NCBI GenBank assembly: GCA_964016885.1 | Contig: OZ024747.1 | Location: 7,254,001 to 7,318,000, forward strand | DNA: 64,000 bases | From: Eledone cirrhosa | Lineage: Eukaryota | Reading direction: 5' to 3' | Shown here: in pieces, positions 53,818-64,000 of the stretch | How positions within the stretch are numbered: the stretch's first letter is position 1 | How the letters are laid out: every line of letters starts with the position of its first letter | Position numbers and translations under genes: made by a program | Notes under the pieces: model-generated | Database searches by the model: none | What the model was told of the DNA's origin: nothing | What the model saw: the letters and a program-made list of their open reading frames with translations, nothing else

Positions 53818-54799
53818 TACTCTCAGTTCTCGAATAATCGCCTCACCCATCCCACCCGCTTATTAATTTTTCAGATTTTTCCAACCCCTCGCTCTTACCC
53901 CCACCCCCACACACCCGCTTATTAAATTTTGCTCATCTATCTCCGACAGAATTTTATTTTAACTGGTAGCATTCCTGCGGAAATTAATTTTCTTTAGACA
54001 TTAAAAAACTATATATGACAAAAAAAGAAGATTACTAGAAATCCCATCTATATATATAAAACTGAGGATGTCTGTCTGTGTGTGAGTTTGAATCCTTAAA
54101 ACTCGAGAACCACCTAACCGACTGTTTTCAAATTTTACACATGTAATACTTATGTTTCAGGGAGTGTTCTGAGCAAAAACAATTTCAAATTTTCAATGCC
54201 CTAAGGACCACATTAGGCGATTTAGCGATCTCTCTCTATAATTCTTAGTCTTTCTCTTTTTAGATAGATACATACATATAACGTCGCGCCCTTATAATAT
54301 CTGCCTGTATGTCTGGCTGTCTGCATTAAGTCACTTCCCTGAGGGTGTGTGTCTGTGAGTTTGAATCCCTAAAACTCGAGAAGTACCCAACCGATTTTTT
54401 TCAAACTTTACATGTGTATTACTTATGTTCCAGGGGGTTTTATGCACATAAAATTCATTTCATTGATCCCCTAGGGCCGCATTAGGTGAAAACCTGCATT
54501 TTTCCTGCTTCACCGAGGAAAATCTTAAAGATTATCCAGCCATCAGAGTATTCGGTTTATTTTCTTTACATATTGTCCAGGCATACAGTTTTTCCACGAT
54601 TAGGTCTGTTGGCGGCCCGCCTTCCAAAATACCTTATCCCGCGCAACGCCGGGTACCACTGCTAGTATGTTATAAAATAAATAGGATGGGTTGGGGTTTC
54701 AATATGTAAACTAAACGACTAATTCTGTTTTTTTTTTAAATCAACGAAGCACCCCCGGCACTTATTCTAACCCCTCCTATTATTTTCGGCCCGATAGTA
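53818..54799. mobile_element. Older TA-flanked TIR element (Tc1/mariner-like MITE) interrupted by the Helitron
   Basis: Imperfect TIR tactctcagttctcgaataat / tattattttcggcccgatagta. Confidence 0.4.
54047..54665 (+). mobile_element. Non-autonomous Helitron
   Basis: Inserted between A and T; 5' TCTATATATATAAAAC; 3' hairpin cccgcgcaacgccggg followed by CTAG; internal ~140-bp imperfect duplication (~54070 and ~54345). Confidence 0.85.
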
Positions 54800-55339
54800 G
54801 ATTAGCATGTAGGCTAACCTCGAGTGAAACAGACCTATAATCTAAGATGTTCCAGTTATGACCATTCTTCTGTCTTATTTAAACGTACCTTATCCAAAGT
54901 GTTAATTTTAAAGATAGTTATGTCTGATTTGAGAGAGATTTGGATGCGATTCCTAAAAAAATAAAACCACCACCTTTAAATTGGTATGTTTACGATTAGT
55001 ATCCGCCTCCTTATCTCTGGCATTATTATTTTTTTATCACCGCTGTGTAGATAATATATGTTCTCCAACGCAATATTATAAAACAATTTACACTTTTTTT
55101 ATTGAGGTGGGGAAGAAAAAGATGTTTGGAATGAAGGAGAAACGTACAACGTGATTTAGCTGTCTTTATACGCCATCTTGTTTCAAAAGACACGCAATTC
55201 TATGAAACCGTTCAGCAACATTTTGAAATTACATGGTTTGTACAGCTATCTCCCTCTCTACGCAGTTAATAAAGAAGATTGAGAATGTCGTAAAAAGAGG
55301 AGGACATAAAGAAAATTCGTACTTACGTAAATCATAAAA

Positions 55340-55835
55340 GTATTTTAGACTTCAGTATATGTAAGGAACTCTTTTCCAGAAATAATTTCTGGAAAGAAGA
55401 GGAAATGTGTGACGTCCGAACGAGTATCCCCCACCTCCAGTTAACTTACCTTCCGTCTCTGGGTCTCGGCCGACAGGATGGAGAATACATTGCCTCGGAG
55501 GGAGACGCACTGGAACAGCAACTCCACCTCCCGGTGCTAGCACGTGTGGGGAGTCAACTCCGTTCTGATAGCAGTGAGTAAGGATGTGGTCCGGGGTAAC
55601 TAAACAGGCTCCCCCACCAGACCCTGGTCCGATAAGGAGGGTAAGTGGAACCCCAGCAACATAAATAAAAAGAGCTGTTAAAAGGGTGTCACAGTCAACG
55701 GCCATCCGCTCCACCTATGGGTTAAATAGCCTCCCCAATCCGCAATTGACAAGATTCAATCAGAAAGCGGTGGAGGTCAACCAGATAGGAGTTCCTCCAA
55801 CAAGAATTAGAAGGTCGTGGATTGGATTAGATTGA
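55340..55835 (+). mobile_element. Interspersed retroelement-like repeat; a shorter copy at ~3350-3630 interrupts a SINE
   Basis: Shared blocks gtaactaaac(a/t)ggctccccc, gtaagtggaa, ttaaaagggtg, caaccag...ctccaaca and a ggattggatt tail. Confidence 0.6.
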
Positions 55836-57157
55836 ATATTATCAAAGATGTTCTACCCATGACCATCTCACCTTTTATATTTCAGGGATTACATTGACCA
55901 GTGTTTATTTACTTAAGAAATGATATTTTATATTTGAGTGGATTTGTCCGCTATTTCTAGCAGTTTAAATGGCTAGGTAGAGACTCCTACGTTAGCGCAT
56001 TAAACATCCATATATAGTCATGTTCGTCAAAAATGATTTTTTAAAAATCCTACACACGAATTATCTTTATAATAATAATAATAATAATATTTCGATTTGT
56101 TCCGTTTATTAGTTATACAATTTTTTGTTCTTTAATGTATTCTAATTATTCCGAACTTTCGATCTATATAGGATCCATTACTAAAAGTTATGTCGGAAAT
56201 ATGTTTTTAATCCACATGATTACTGGTTTAAGTTTGTTTAAATACAAATAAGAGAGACAGAGATAGGGGTAGATAGATTGATAAATAAATATATATAGAG
56301 AAAGAGAAAGAGAGAGAGTGAGAGAGATGTGTGTGTTTACAAATAAATCGATGACAGATATTTATTTCTCTTGTGCAACTTCTATTATTCTAAGCTCCAG
56401 TTTGCCATATGAGATAATGAGGCAGAGCCTACGTTGCTAGTTTTACAAAGAAACAAGCAAATATGGTGTTTCACAGCGATTTACCCAATAAAATATTTCC
56501 TTTGTTCTGTCTATCCAATATATATGGTTGATTGAAAATAAATCGGTCGTATTTTGCTTTTCTTCCCCCCCCCCCCCCCCCATTAGATAAAAACCACCGA
56601 TATTGGCGTAATGAGACCAAGTAAAGGTTTTGAGAGAAAAACATGTCTTTTTGATGAATACTTCTCTCTATTAATCGTTTAACAACCACGGGACGCTCTG
56701 GTTGCTCTGGATCGATTTCGTGCTTTCTTCTCCTTCTTTCTCTTCTTTTCTTCTTCTTCTTATGAGCGGGTCCTTGCTCGGGGTCTACCCCTAGGTCTCC
56801 TGCCTATTGGTTTTTGCCCGTAAAATCTGTCTAGCGATATATTCAGAATACTTGTACGTGCTATAGACATTGGTGAGCTTCACTATCAGTCATCAATGGG
56901 GCATCCATCAACAAGTTCTGAGGGGGGCGTGAAAATAGAGTTGCGACTTAGTTAAATACAAGTATTTGTTTAGATTTTCAACTGGGTGAAAAACTGGAAC
57001 GGGTGGTGACGGTGGTGGTGATAAGATAAGAGCTATGACAAGAGGAGTATGTCTGGATGAAAATACATGTCAAGAAAGTGACTGAATGGGACGAAAGATT
57101 TGAGACGTGACAGTACTGTATAGTTTTCTGTGTTGTTTATCGGTTTGCTTTTCGCGT

Positions 57158-57206
<49 letters not shown>

Positions 57207-57335
57207 TTTGAGATGAGTTTGAGTTATTTTTCCTAAATCTTTCGTTAACTACTTTTCCCATCTTGACGTTATAGTCGCATATATGTTATAGAATGCCGTT
57301 AGCTTCTTGCTAAAACAATCTCTATACCTCTCATT

Positions 57336-57366
<31 letters not shown>

Positions 57367-57455
57367 AGAAATTAAAAGATGGTTAAAGAAGTTCCATACA
57401 CACACATATATATATATAAGAGATCTATAAATACCATACTTATTTTTTGATACCC

Positions 57456-57506
57456 AGATTCCTGATGATTTCTAAAGAATGAAACAGTTCTAGTCCTGTA
57501 GAATCT
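57456..57506 (+). ncRNA. Minimal type I hammerhead ribozyme motif (likely Penelope-like element remnant)
   Basis: agattc-CTGATGA-t-ttc-taaa-gaa-t-GAAA-cag-ttctagtc-ctg-TA-gaatct: stem I agattc/gaatct perfect, stem III cag/ctg, GUA triplet at 57498-57500; stem II closes with U-U instead of G-C. Confidence 0.75.
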
Positions 57507-57744
57507 CATCTATATTAAAACTATATATATATATATATATATCAACTAGAAATCGATTGACATATATATATATAAAATAAACATATGAAACAATCACAGG
57601 GGATAATTTGTAAAGAGTGTAATCAGTGTAATCATATATATATATATATATATAAATATTTGCTCTACGGTTCTTATATATTTGATATATATTTACCCTT
57701 ATCGAGCCCTCTTTTGATTTTAGTCTTCAAATTTATTATTATTA

Positions 57745-57785
<41 letters not shown>

Positions 57786-57788
<3 letters not shown>

Positions 57789-60700
57789 CTTTGAATAACT
57801 TTGAAATGTTTTGGCCAGTATTGGCCCAGGCCATGTCTAACTTAATAGCACCACCTGGCGAAGTCTTTCAATTCAGGATTTGGGCACCATGGCCCATTCG
57901 AGAAGAGAATTACTGTTTGCGGAGACATATCCGGGTGTGGGTGGTTTGTCCGGGATTACTTGGAGGAATTTGTCCAAAGACTTCTTGAATTTTGTGTTGT
58001 CAGTTTCTGTTTTGACGTGTCCTGGTGTGATGTTGAAGAGAGCAGGGCCGATTGAGGTGAAATAATTGTGCCGTATTGTTGTTATGAGTTGCGATTTAGA
58101 TTTTTGAATGGGACGGATAGCACGGGGCCCAAGCCTTGGGTGTATCTTGAAGGCGATGCCAACATCATTTGGGCAGTGATGATGGAACATTTTCCACATC
58201 ATGCAGATAATATAACGCTCACGGCGACGTTGGAGTGAGTAAAGTTTCAGCTTTTCTAGTCGACCCCAGTAGTCAAGGTCTGACATGCCATCTATCTTTT
58301 TCGTGATTGCCCTTTGAGGAGCTTCAAGTTTCATGATACTTTGTTTCGTGTGGGGAGACCACAGTGGACAACAGTATTCAAGGTGTGGTCGGGCGAAAGT
58401 AGAGAAGAGAAGGATAATGGTGCGGGAATCTCTCGACTGGAAGGTTCTGAGGATCCAGGAACACATTCTGCGGGCCATGTCAACTTTGCTGCTTATATGC
58501 GTGGTCCAGCTTATGTTGCTGTCCACGGTTACTCCCAAGTCTCTGATGTTGTTAGATGCCACGAGAGTTTCCCCGGAGGGAAGGGAGTACGGGAGTTTCA
58601 GAGCATCCTCTTTTCCAAAGTGGATCAGTTCGAATTTGTCTTCGTTCAGTAACATGTTGTTCTTTTCTGCCCATTGGGTAACAGCCAGTAGGTCTGACTG
58701 AAGGCTTATCCGGTCATCCACGCCATTGATGACCTTTTGGAGCTTGGAATCATCAGCGAAAATTTTAATGTTGCTGTGTTTGATGATGTCAGTGATGTCA
58801 TTAATATAGATGATGAAGAGAAGTGGGCCCAACACAGTGCCTTGTGGGACTCCACTACTGACTTTGGCTGGGCTTGATTTGACTCCCTCAACTACAACAT
58901 GTTGGGTTCTGTTTGACAGGAAGCTCTTGATCCACTGCAGCAGCTTTCCAGTGACACCAATATTGGACAGCTTTCTCAGTAGAATGTTATGATCAACCCT
59001 GTCAAAGGCCTTGCTGAAATCAAGGTAGATAACATCAGTGTTGGAACCCTCTCCCAAGGCTCTCAAAATGTCATCAAAGTGATGCAGTAGTTGCGTCAGG
59101 CAATCCCTTCCATTACGGAATCCATGCTGGTTGGAGTTCAGCATATTGTTACTCTCAAGGAAGTGGGTCATTCGCGATCTCACCACTCGCTCAAATACCT
59201 TAATGATATGAGAGGTGAGTGAGATTGGACGGTAATTCACGGCAAGGGATTTGTTTCCCTTTTTGAAAACTGGGACAACAGACTGGGATAGAAGGTTTTC
59301 TGGCACATATCCAGCATCCAGTGAGTTCCGCCACAGATTGGCAAGAGGAGAAGCAAGTTGGTGTTGACACGCCTTCAAGACACAAGCAGGGAACCTATCG
59401 GGACCTACTGCTGAATTATGCTTGATTTCCTTTATTGCCGCCAAGACATCAGGGGCGCCAAACGTTATGTCCGATAAGGTGTAATGGGGAGTAACATCGC
59501 CGATACAGCCCAGATCGGCCATATCAGGATTGCTGAAAACAGAGCAGTATTGTTTCTGCAGTATCTCACCCATGGTTTTAGCATTGTCTTGAAGAGTGCC
59601 ATTTTCATCAATTAGAGGGCCAACAGTAGAGCCAGTGATTTTGTGTTTTTTTGCAAATGAAAAGAACACTTTGGGATTGAGTTTGATCTTCTCAATGGCC
59701 CAGGCCTCTTCAGCTCTTCTCTGATTGTTGATGAGGGACATTATGTTGTTTTGGAGGTTATGTTTTTTAATCTCTAGTGATGAAATGGCAGTCAAGTTGA
59801 TGTGTTGCTGCTGACAGTATTTCAGCTTGTTGATTTTTTTGTTCGTTCTCTTAATTTTTCTGATGAGTGTTTTTCTATTTCTAGGGATTCTGCTCTTAGA
59901 TTTGTTTATAGTTCTTAATGGGGTGTGTTTAGCACATATGTTTGTAACAGTGTCCACAAATGTCTGCCAGGACTTTTTGATGTTAGTGGGTGTATGAGTG
60001 TGCGTGAAGGACCAGTCGACATGTGCAAGATCATGACTGATCGCTTCCCAGTTTGCATTGTGGAAATCCATAGCGTCAAACGGATGGACAGGAGAAATGA
60101 CATTGGGTTTGTATATTGGACGGTGGAATCTCAGATCACAGAGAACCATGTCATGATCAGAGAGTAGAGTTTTCTCCACTGCAATATTGTGGATATTGTC
60201 AGTGTGATTGCTGAAAATTAAGTCTAGGACGTTTTTGTGGCACCTCGTTGGTTCGAGCACTAGTTGGGATAGGAAGAAATCATCCATGAAGTCAAGAAGC
60301 GATTCCACAGCTTCCCTGTCAGAGGTTGAGGCAGAAGAACCTGGTGGCAGGGTGTTTGTGGACCAGTCAACTCCGGGGAGGTTGAAGTCCCCCATCATTA
60401 AGATGTTGTCAGGGTGACACTCTTGGATGAAACACTTTATGCTGTTGAGGCATTCCTTGAAGCATGGTACAGGCGTTTGGGGTGGCCTATAGAGCCCAAC
60501 TACTAATAGGTTGTTGGTTTGACTGAATACAGTGACTGCCTCACAGTATCCATTAGTGAATATGTTCATAGCCTCTGTTGAGAAAGAATTATGGACATAA
60601 ATGGCAGTTCCGCCCTTTCTTCTGCCAGCGCGATCAGCACGGATGGCTTTGAAATTTTTCACTTTCACCTCGGCTTCCAAGTGGAGGTTACTGAGATGGG

Positions 60701-60945
60701 TTTCAGTGAGGACGAAGAAAGGGATGTGGTTTGGATGGACATCAATCCAGTCCTCCAGGAATTTGATCTTCCATTTTTGAGTATTGGTGGAAGGGCTGAT
60801 GCCTTGGACGTTAAGCAAAAATGTAGAGGCGAGAGTGGATGGTTTTAATTGTTTTGGTGTGTTGTTAATTTGTTTGTTTGTTAATGGCAGCAATGGGAGT
60901 TTGTGCAGTGGGGTGATAGTGGAGGGTGGTGCTGGGTGATAGCTC
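57786..60945 (-). mobile_element. Non-LTR retrotransposon of the CR1/L2 group, probably 5'-truncated, inserted in (TA)n
   Basis: ORF as above; short 3'UTR with stem-loop GGCCA-ATAC-TGGCC (57813-57826) and tandem tail (TTCAAAGTTA)x2 instead of poly(A); (TA)n on both sides; no ORF1 or 5'UTR seen. Confidence 0.88.
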
Positions 60946-60947
60946 AT
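57873..60947 (-). CDS. LINE ORF2-type protein: APE endonuclease + reverse transcriptase (1024 aa, uninterrupted)
   Basis: APE motifs NVQGI, LTETHL, GGTAIYV, GLYRPP, GDFNLP, LDLIFSN, SDH; RT motifs GPD, YRPISLTSHIIKVFER, QHGFR, YLDFSKAFDRVDH, SGVPQGTVLGPLLFIIYIND, IFADD, RDLGV, RPHLEYC. Confidence 0.96.
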   Translation of the reverse strand: MSYHPAPPSTITPLHKLPLLPLTNKQINNTPKQLKPSTLASTFLLNVQGISPSTNTQKWKIKFLEDWIDVHPNHIPFFVLTETHLSNLHLEAEVKVKNFKAIRADRAGRRKGGTAIYVHNSFSTEAMNIFTNGYCEAVTVFSQTNNLLVVGLYRPPQTPVPCFKECLNSIKCFIQECHPDNILMMGDFNLPGVDWSTNTLPPGSSASTSDREAVESLLDFMDDFFLSQLVLEPTRCHKNVLDLIFSNHTDNIHNIAVEKTLLSDHDMVLCDLRFHRPIYKPNVISPVHPFDAMDFHNANWEAISHDLAHVDWSFTHTHTPTNIKKSWQTFVDTVTNICAKHTPLRTINKSKSRIPRNRKTLIRKIKRTNKKINKLKYCQQQHINLTAISSLEIKKHNLQNNIMSLINNQRRAEEAWAIEKIKLNPKVFFSFAKKHKITGSTVGPLIDENGTLQDNAKTMGEILQKQYCSVFSNPDMADLGCIGDVTPHYTLSDITFGAPDVLAAIKEIKHNSAVGPDRFPACVLKACQHQLASPLANLWRNSLDAGYVPENLLSQSVVPVFKKGNKSLAVNYRPISLTSHIIKVFERVVRSRMTHFLESNNMLNSNQHGFRNGRDCLTQLLHHFDDILRALGEGSNTDVIYLDFSKAFDRVDHNILLRKLSNIGVTGKLLQWIKSFLSNRTQHVVVEGVKSSPAKVSSGVPQGTVLGPLLFIIYINDITDIIKHSNIKIFADDSKLQKVINGVDDRISLQSDLLAVTQWAEKNNMLLNEDKFELIHFGKEDALKLPYSLPSGETLVASNNIRDLGVTVDSNISWTTHISSKVDMARRMCSWILRTFQSRDSRTIILLFSTFARPHLEYCCPLWSPHTKQSIMKLEAPQRAITKKIDGMSDLDYWGRLEKLKLYSLQRRRERYIICMMWKMFHHHCPNDVGIAFKIHPRLGPRAIRPIQKSKSQLITTIRHNYFTSIGPALFNITPGHVKTETDNTKFKKSLDKFLQVIPDKPPTPGYVSANSNSLLEWAMVPKS

Positions 60948-60969
60948 ATATATATATATATATATATAT

Positions 60970-61054
60970 AACGAAGGGGGTGTGGTAAGGAACTAGATGT
61001 CCAGAAATAGCCGTCAGAACGGCTTGAGCTCTGCCGTCGGGGTCAAACATTTTC
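60970..61054. mobile_element. Short (TA)n-embedded insert B, same family as 10391
   Basis: Shares tgtggtaagg and gtccagaaatagccgtc..aacggcttgagctctgccgtcggggtca with insert A; flanked by (TA)n. Confidence 0.65.
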
Positions 61055-61070
61055 ATATATATATATATAT

Positions 61071-61241
61071 AAAACAAACAAAGTATGGTAAGGAACCAGG
61101 TGGGCCATAACGCATCAGAGTACTCGATACTTAGGGTAGTAGAGTGAGTAATAGGAAAAGAGTCAGGACCCCGACGGCTGAGCTCCGGCCGTTTCGACAG
61201 CTAGATCCGAACTGAGTTCGGATCTAGCTGTCGACTCTTTT

Positions 61242-61243
<2 letters not shown>
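61071..61243. mobile_element. Short (TA)n-embedded insert C, same family, with 20-bp perfect hairpin
   Basis: Shares cagagtactc(g/a)atacttagggtagtagagtg with A; hammerhead-like half is on the - strand here; perfect palindrome 61194-61234. Confidence 0.65.
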
Positions 61244-61308
<65 letters not shown>

Positions 61309-61607
61309 AGTAACACAACAGTTAGTTCACCATACCGAGAACAATTGTTTCACCTTAAGCGGATGTTCAGCTCGGACCCATGGACTGAGTGCTCTACCAC
61401 TACGGATATTACCTTCCAGTATTCTACCTCTCTCTCTCTATATATATATGTATATATATATTAATATAACAAGGGCGATTTGTTAAGCCTTCATTACGTT
61501 TATTGATTGGTGACGCGCGTTTCGCTATTGATCAGCTCAAGGTTCGATCTGTATCGCTTTGGCCCGACTCTGGAATCAAAAGCTCGTCGGACCTCTGCTG
61601 TTGTAAT

Positions 61608-61746
<139 letters not shown>

Positions 61747-62084
61747 CAGCGAGAATCGTATTTCGGCTGGTAGAAAAAGCGAAACGAAACGCAAAATCGT
61801 AGAAATGCTGGCAAGCGCTCAATAGTTAAAAAGCTAGAGCTAAACAATAAGTTAAAACGCCATACAAACTGAAAAAGTGGTTAAGAAGGCATTAACCACC
61901 TAAGCCAAAAAACAAATCAAGCTAAACAGGTCAAACAAAATAAATTATATATTATATATAGATATATTCAACATAGGGGGCGCGCAGGACAAAGGCAATG
62001 GAAAAAACAACGGAAAGACGGGACAGTCCCATCTCCTCAGTCAAACTGTTTAATAGACATACGTTGACCATGCCATCATCATCA

Positions 62085-62178
62085 GTTAGTAGCAGTAGTA
62101 GTGGTGGTGGTGGTCGTCGTCGTCGTGGTGCTTGTAGTTGTGGTAGTAGTAGTAGTGGTGTTGATGGTTGTGGTGGTG

Positions 62179-62220
<42 letters not shown>

Positions 62221-62221
62221 A
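62085..62221. repeat. (GTA)/(GGT)/(GTC) compound trinucleotide repeat
   Basis: Direct inspection. Confidence 0.9.
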
Positions 62222-63146
62222 CCACTAGAATTTCGTGCAATCCGCTGCTTAGAATGGCCATTGTAGTTAGGAGCTGATGTAATGCAAAGGAATGCGCCGA
62301 GCCAGCAGTCTCTTACTAAATAGGTCTCCTCTCTGTCTCTCTATCAGTCTATCTGTCTAGCTTCACTGACATCTCTTCCTGTGTCTTTCCGTACACATAC
62401 TATCTTTCACTCTCAAACCAATCCTTTATGCAACCACACCTACACGCCCACACGCATGCACATACAGACATACATGCGTACGTGCACACGCATGCATACG
62501 AGCTTCTTTGTAATCAGTTGTCCTGCTAGAAATAGCAGCTAAATCTCTCTTAAAAGCACATCTTTCAACTCGGTGAGCTTACAGTTAGTAAATGTAAACC
62601 TAGAAAGATTATGTCTGAAAAAATAAAAAAATGAATAAAATATAAAAGAAGAAATGATTTTGACATGGGCCATTCCTATTCAGAGCTGACCGAGGGCTAA
62701 AAAACAGAAACACTAGCATTACAAGAAATCTAGCAAATGGTGAGAAGGCGCCGCAGTAATAAGATATGTAACGACAACAACATGCAGAACAGTAGTAACA
62801 ACACAAACATCACTGCTATCTCAACAATCACCACTATTGAGCAAAAGGGGAGCCTCTGCATGGTCACTCGAAATGCTAGAAATAGTAGTCCCATCATACA
62901 CCCTACTGTCAAAAAAAAAAAGTTAGAAGACATAGCCTAATACCGGGACTTAAACAGATTATGTTCGTGTTAGACACCGTTGTGACTTCCGGTGACCTCT
63001 GGTGACCCCATGCGTCTTCGGACTCCGAACTACTATTATCCTTCGCCAAACTGAGAGGAAAGGGGTTAACGTACATCCCATTCGAGGAAAGAGCCCTCTT
63101 ATGATGAAGTGGTGGGTGTCGCTGGCTGTTATATGATAATAATAAT

Positions 63147-63232
63147 TGTTTCTACTTTTGGCACAAGGCCAGCAATTACCCAGTGCATTACTGGTACTTT
63201 ATTTTATCGACCCCGTAAGGATGAAAGGCAAA
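63147..63232 (-). mobile_element. 5'-truncated young SINE with long TSD
   Basis: gttatatgataataataat at 63128-63146 and 63233-63251 (partly overlapping the tail). Confidence 0.85.
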
Positions 63233-63613
63233 GTTATATGATAATAATAATGCCTTCGGCATTTTGTCGAGGGAGTGCAGCTGAGTCCTACCGCCTAGAC
63301 TAGAGTGTAGAGTCATTCACGCTGTCCCACTTTTACCTTACTTTCACTATTTAAAGCGACCACTTAGAAGACATTACTTAGAGGCGATCACGTAGAGACG
63401 GCCGCGTAGGCCGACATACTGCGCTGTCTCTGTCTAAACTTTATTACGTTAGATAATGAGATTTCAGTCAGGTTGTGCAAATCAACTAAAGCATTTGGAA
63501 TTGCTCACTATAATCCCTTGAACAATGGCAATAACACACACATACGCACAGAGACACAGACACACTCATTCTTTCTCTCATACATTCACCCTCTTTCTCT
63601 TTCACTCTCCCCC

Positions 63614-63645
<32 letters not shown>

Positions 63646-64000
63646 CTGCAGGCCAAAGCACACCTGTACCAGATATACATACAGACTGTTTGTAGAGACA
63701 CGCAAGTTTTTTTGTTTTTTTTTTAATTAAAGCCAAACCAAATGAAATAACAGCCAAACCTCCCTGAATAGTTAAACAAAATATTTCGTCTTTAATTATC
63801 TAATGTTTTTCATTTAGTTTGGCTGGGGTTTTAAAATTGTCTAACTTTACGAACACCCTGTATAATGGATATTCGTGTACACAAAGAGAGAGAGAGAGTA
63901 CAATTGTATGCATTTTGTCAATAAGACATTGGCTTACTACCAGAACCACATTCTGGGCAGTAAGAGACCGAGAACATCTTCGCAATAGTGAATAGCAAGA

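Noticed and set aside
55352-55714. 120-aa minus-strand ORF
   Set aside because: Lies within an interspersed repeat also present at ~3350-3630; no recognisable domain.
58314-60848. Several + strand ORFs overlapping the LINE
   Set aside because: Antisense shadows of the GC-richer RT ORF; no independent motifs.
61780-62300. Possible first exon or promoter of a neighbouring gene; Ser/Gly-rich ORF 61998-62228
   Set aside because: The ORF is mostly trinucleotide repeat; CpG enrichment is suggestive but I could not support any splice site or coding similarity.

Overview
Eukaryotic (animal) genomic DNA, very AT-rich and packed with microsatellites, SINEs and MITEs. The repeat landscape looks like an octopus/coleoid genome; this is inference from pattern recognition, not a database result. 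One host gene is well supported: a 5-coding-exon FAD-dependent polyamine oxidase (spermine oxidase/PAOX-like) on + (exons 4563-4818, 25384-26310, 41666-41792, 42322-42439, 43563-43757; all GT-AG, phases compatible, 1623 nt = 540 aa + stop). The other long ORF (57873-60947, -) is an uninterrupted APE-endonuclease + reverse-transcriptase ORF of a CR1/L2-group LINE sitting in (TA)n. Other mobile elements include a decayed hAT transposon (48931-51254), six copies of a TTAA-specific piggyBac-type MITE, two hAT MITEs, a Helitron and a Helitron 3' end, RTE/Tx1/Penelope fragments and many tRNA-derived SINEs. Most interesting non-coding signals: (i) a near-canonical minimal hammerhead ribozyme at 57456-57506; (ii) three related, (TA)n-embedded ~85-175 bp inserts (10391, 60970, 61071) with a hammerhead-like fold whose CUGANGA is replaced by CAGAAAUA, a palindromic loop, and an inversion junction at the predicted cleavage site; (iii) a decayed duplicate of the exon-1 3' end that keeps its splice donor 450 nt into intron 1. 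Most short ORFs in the track are microsatellite or low-complexity artefacts.
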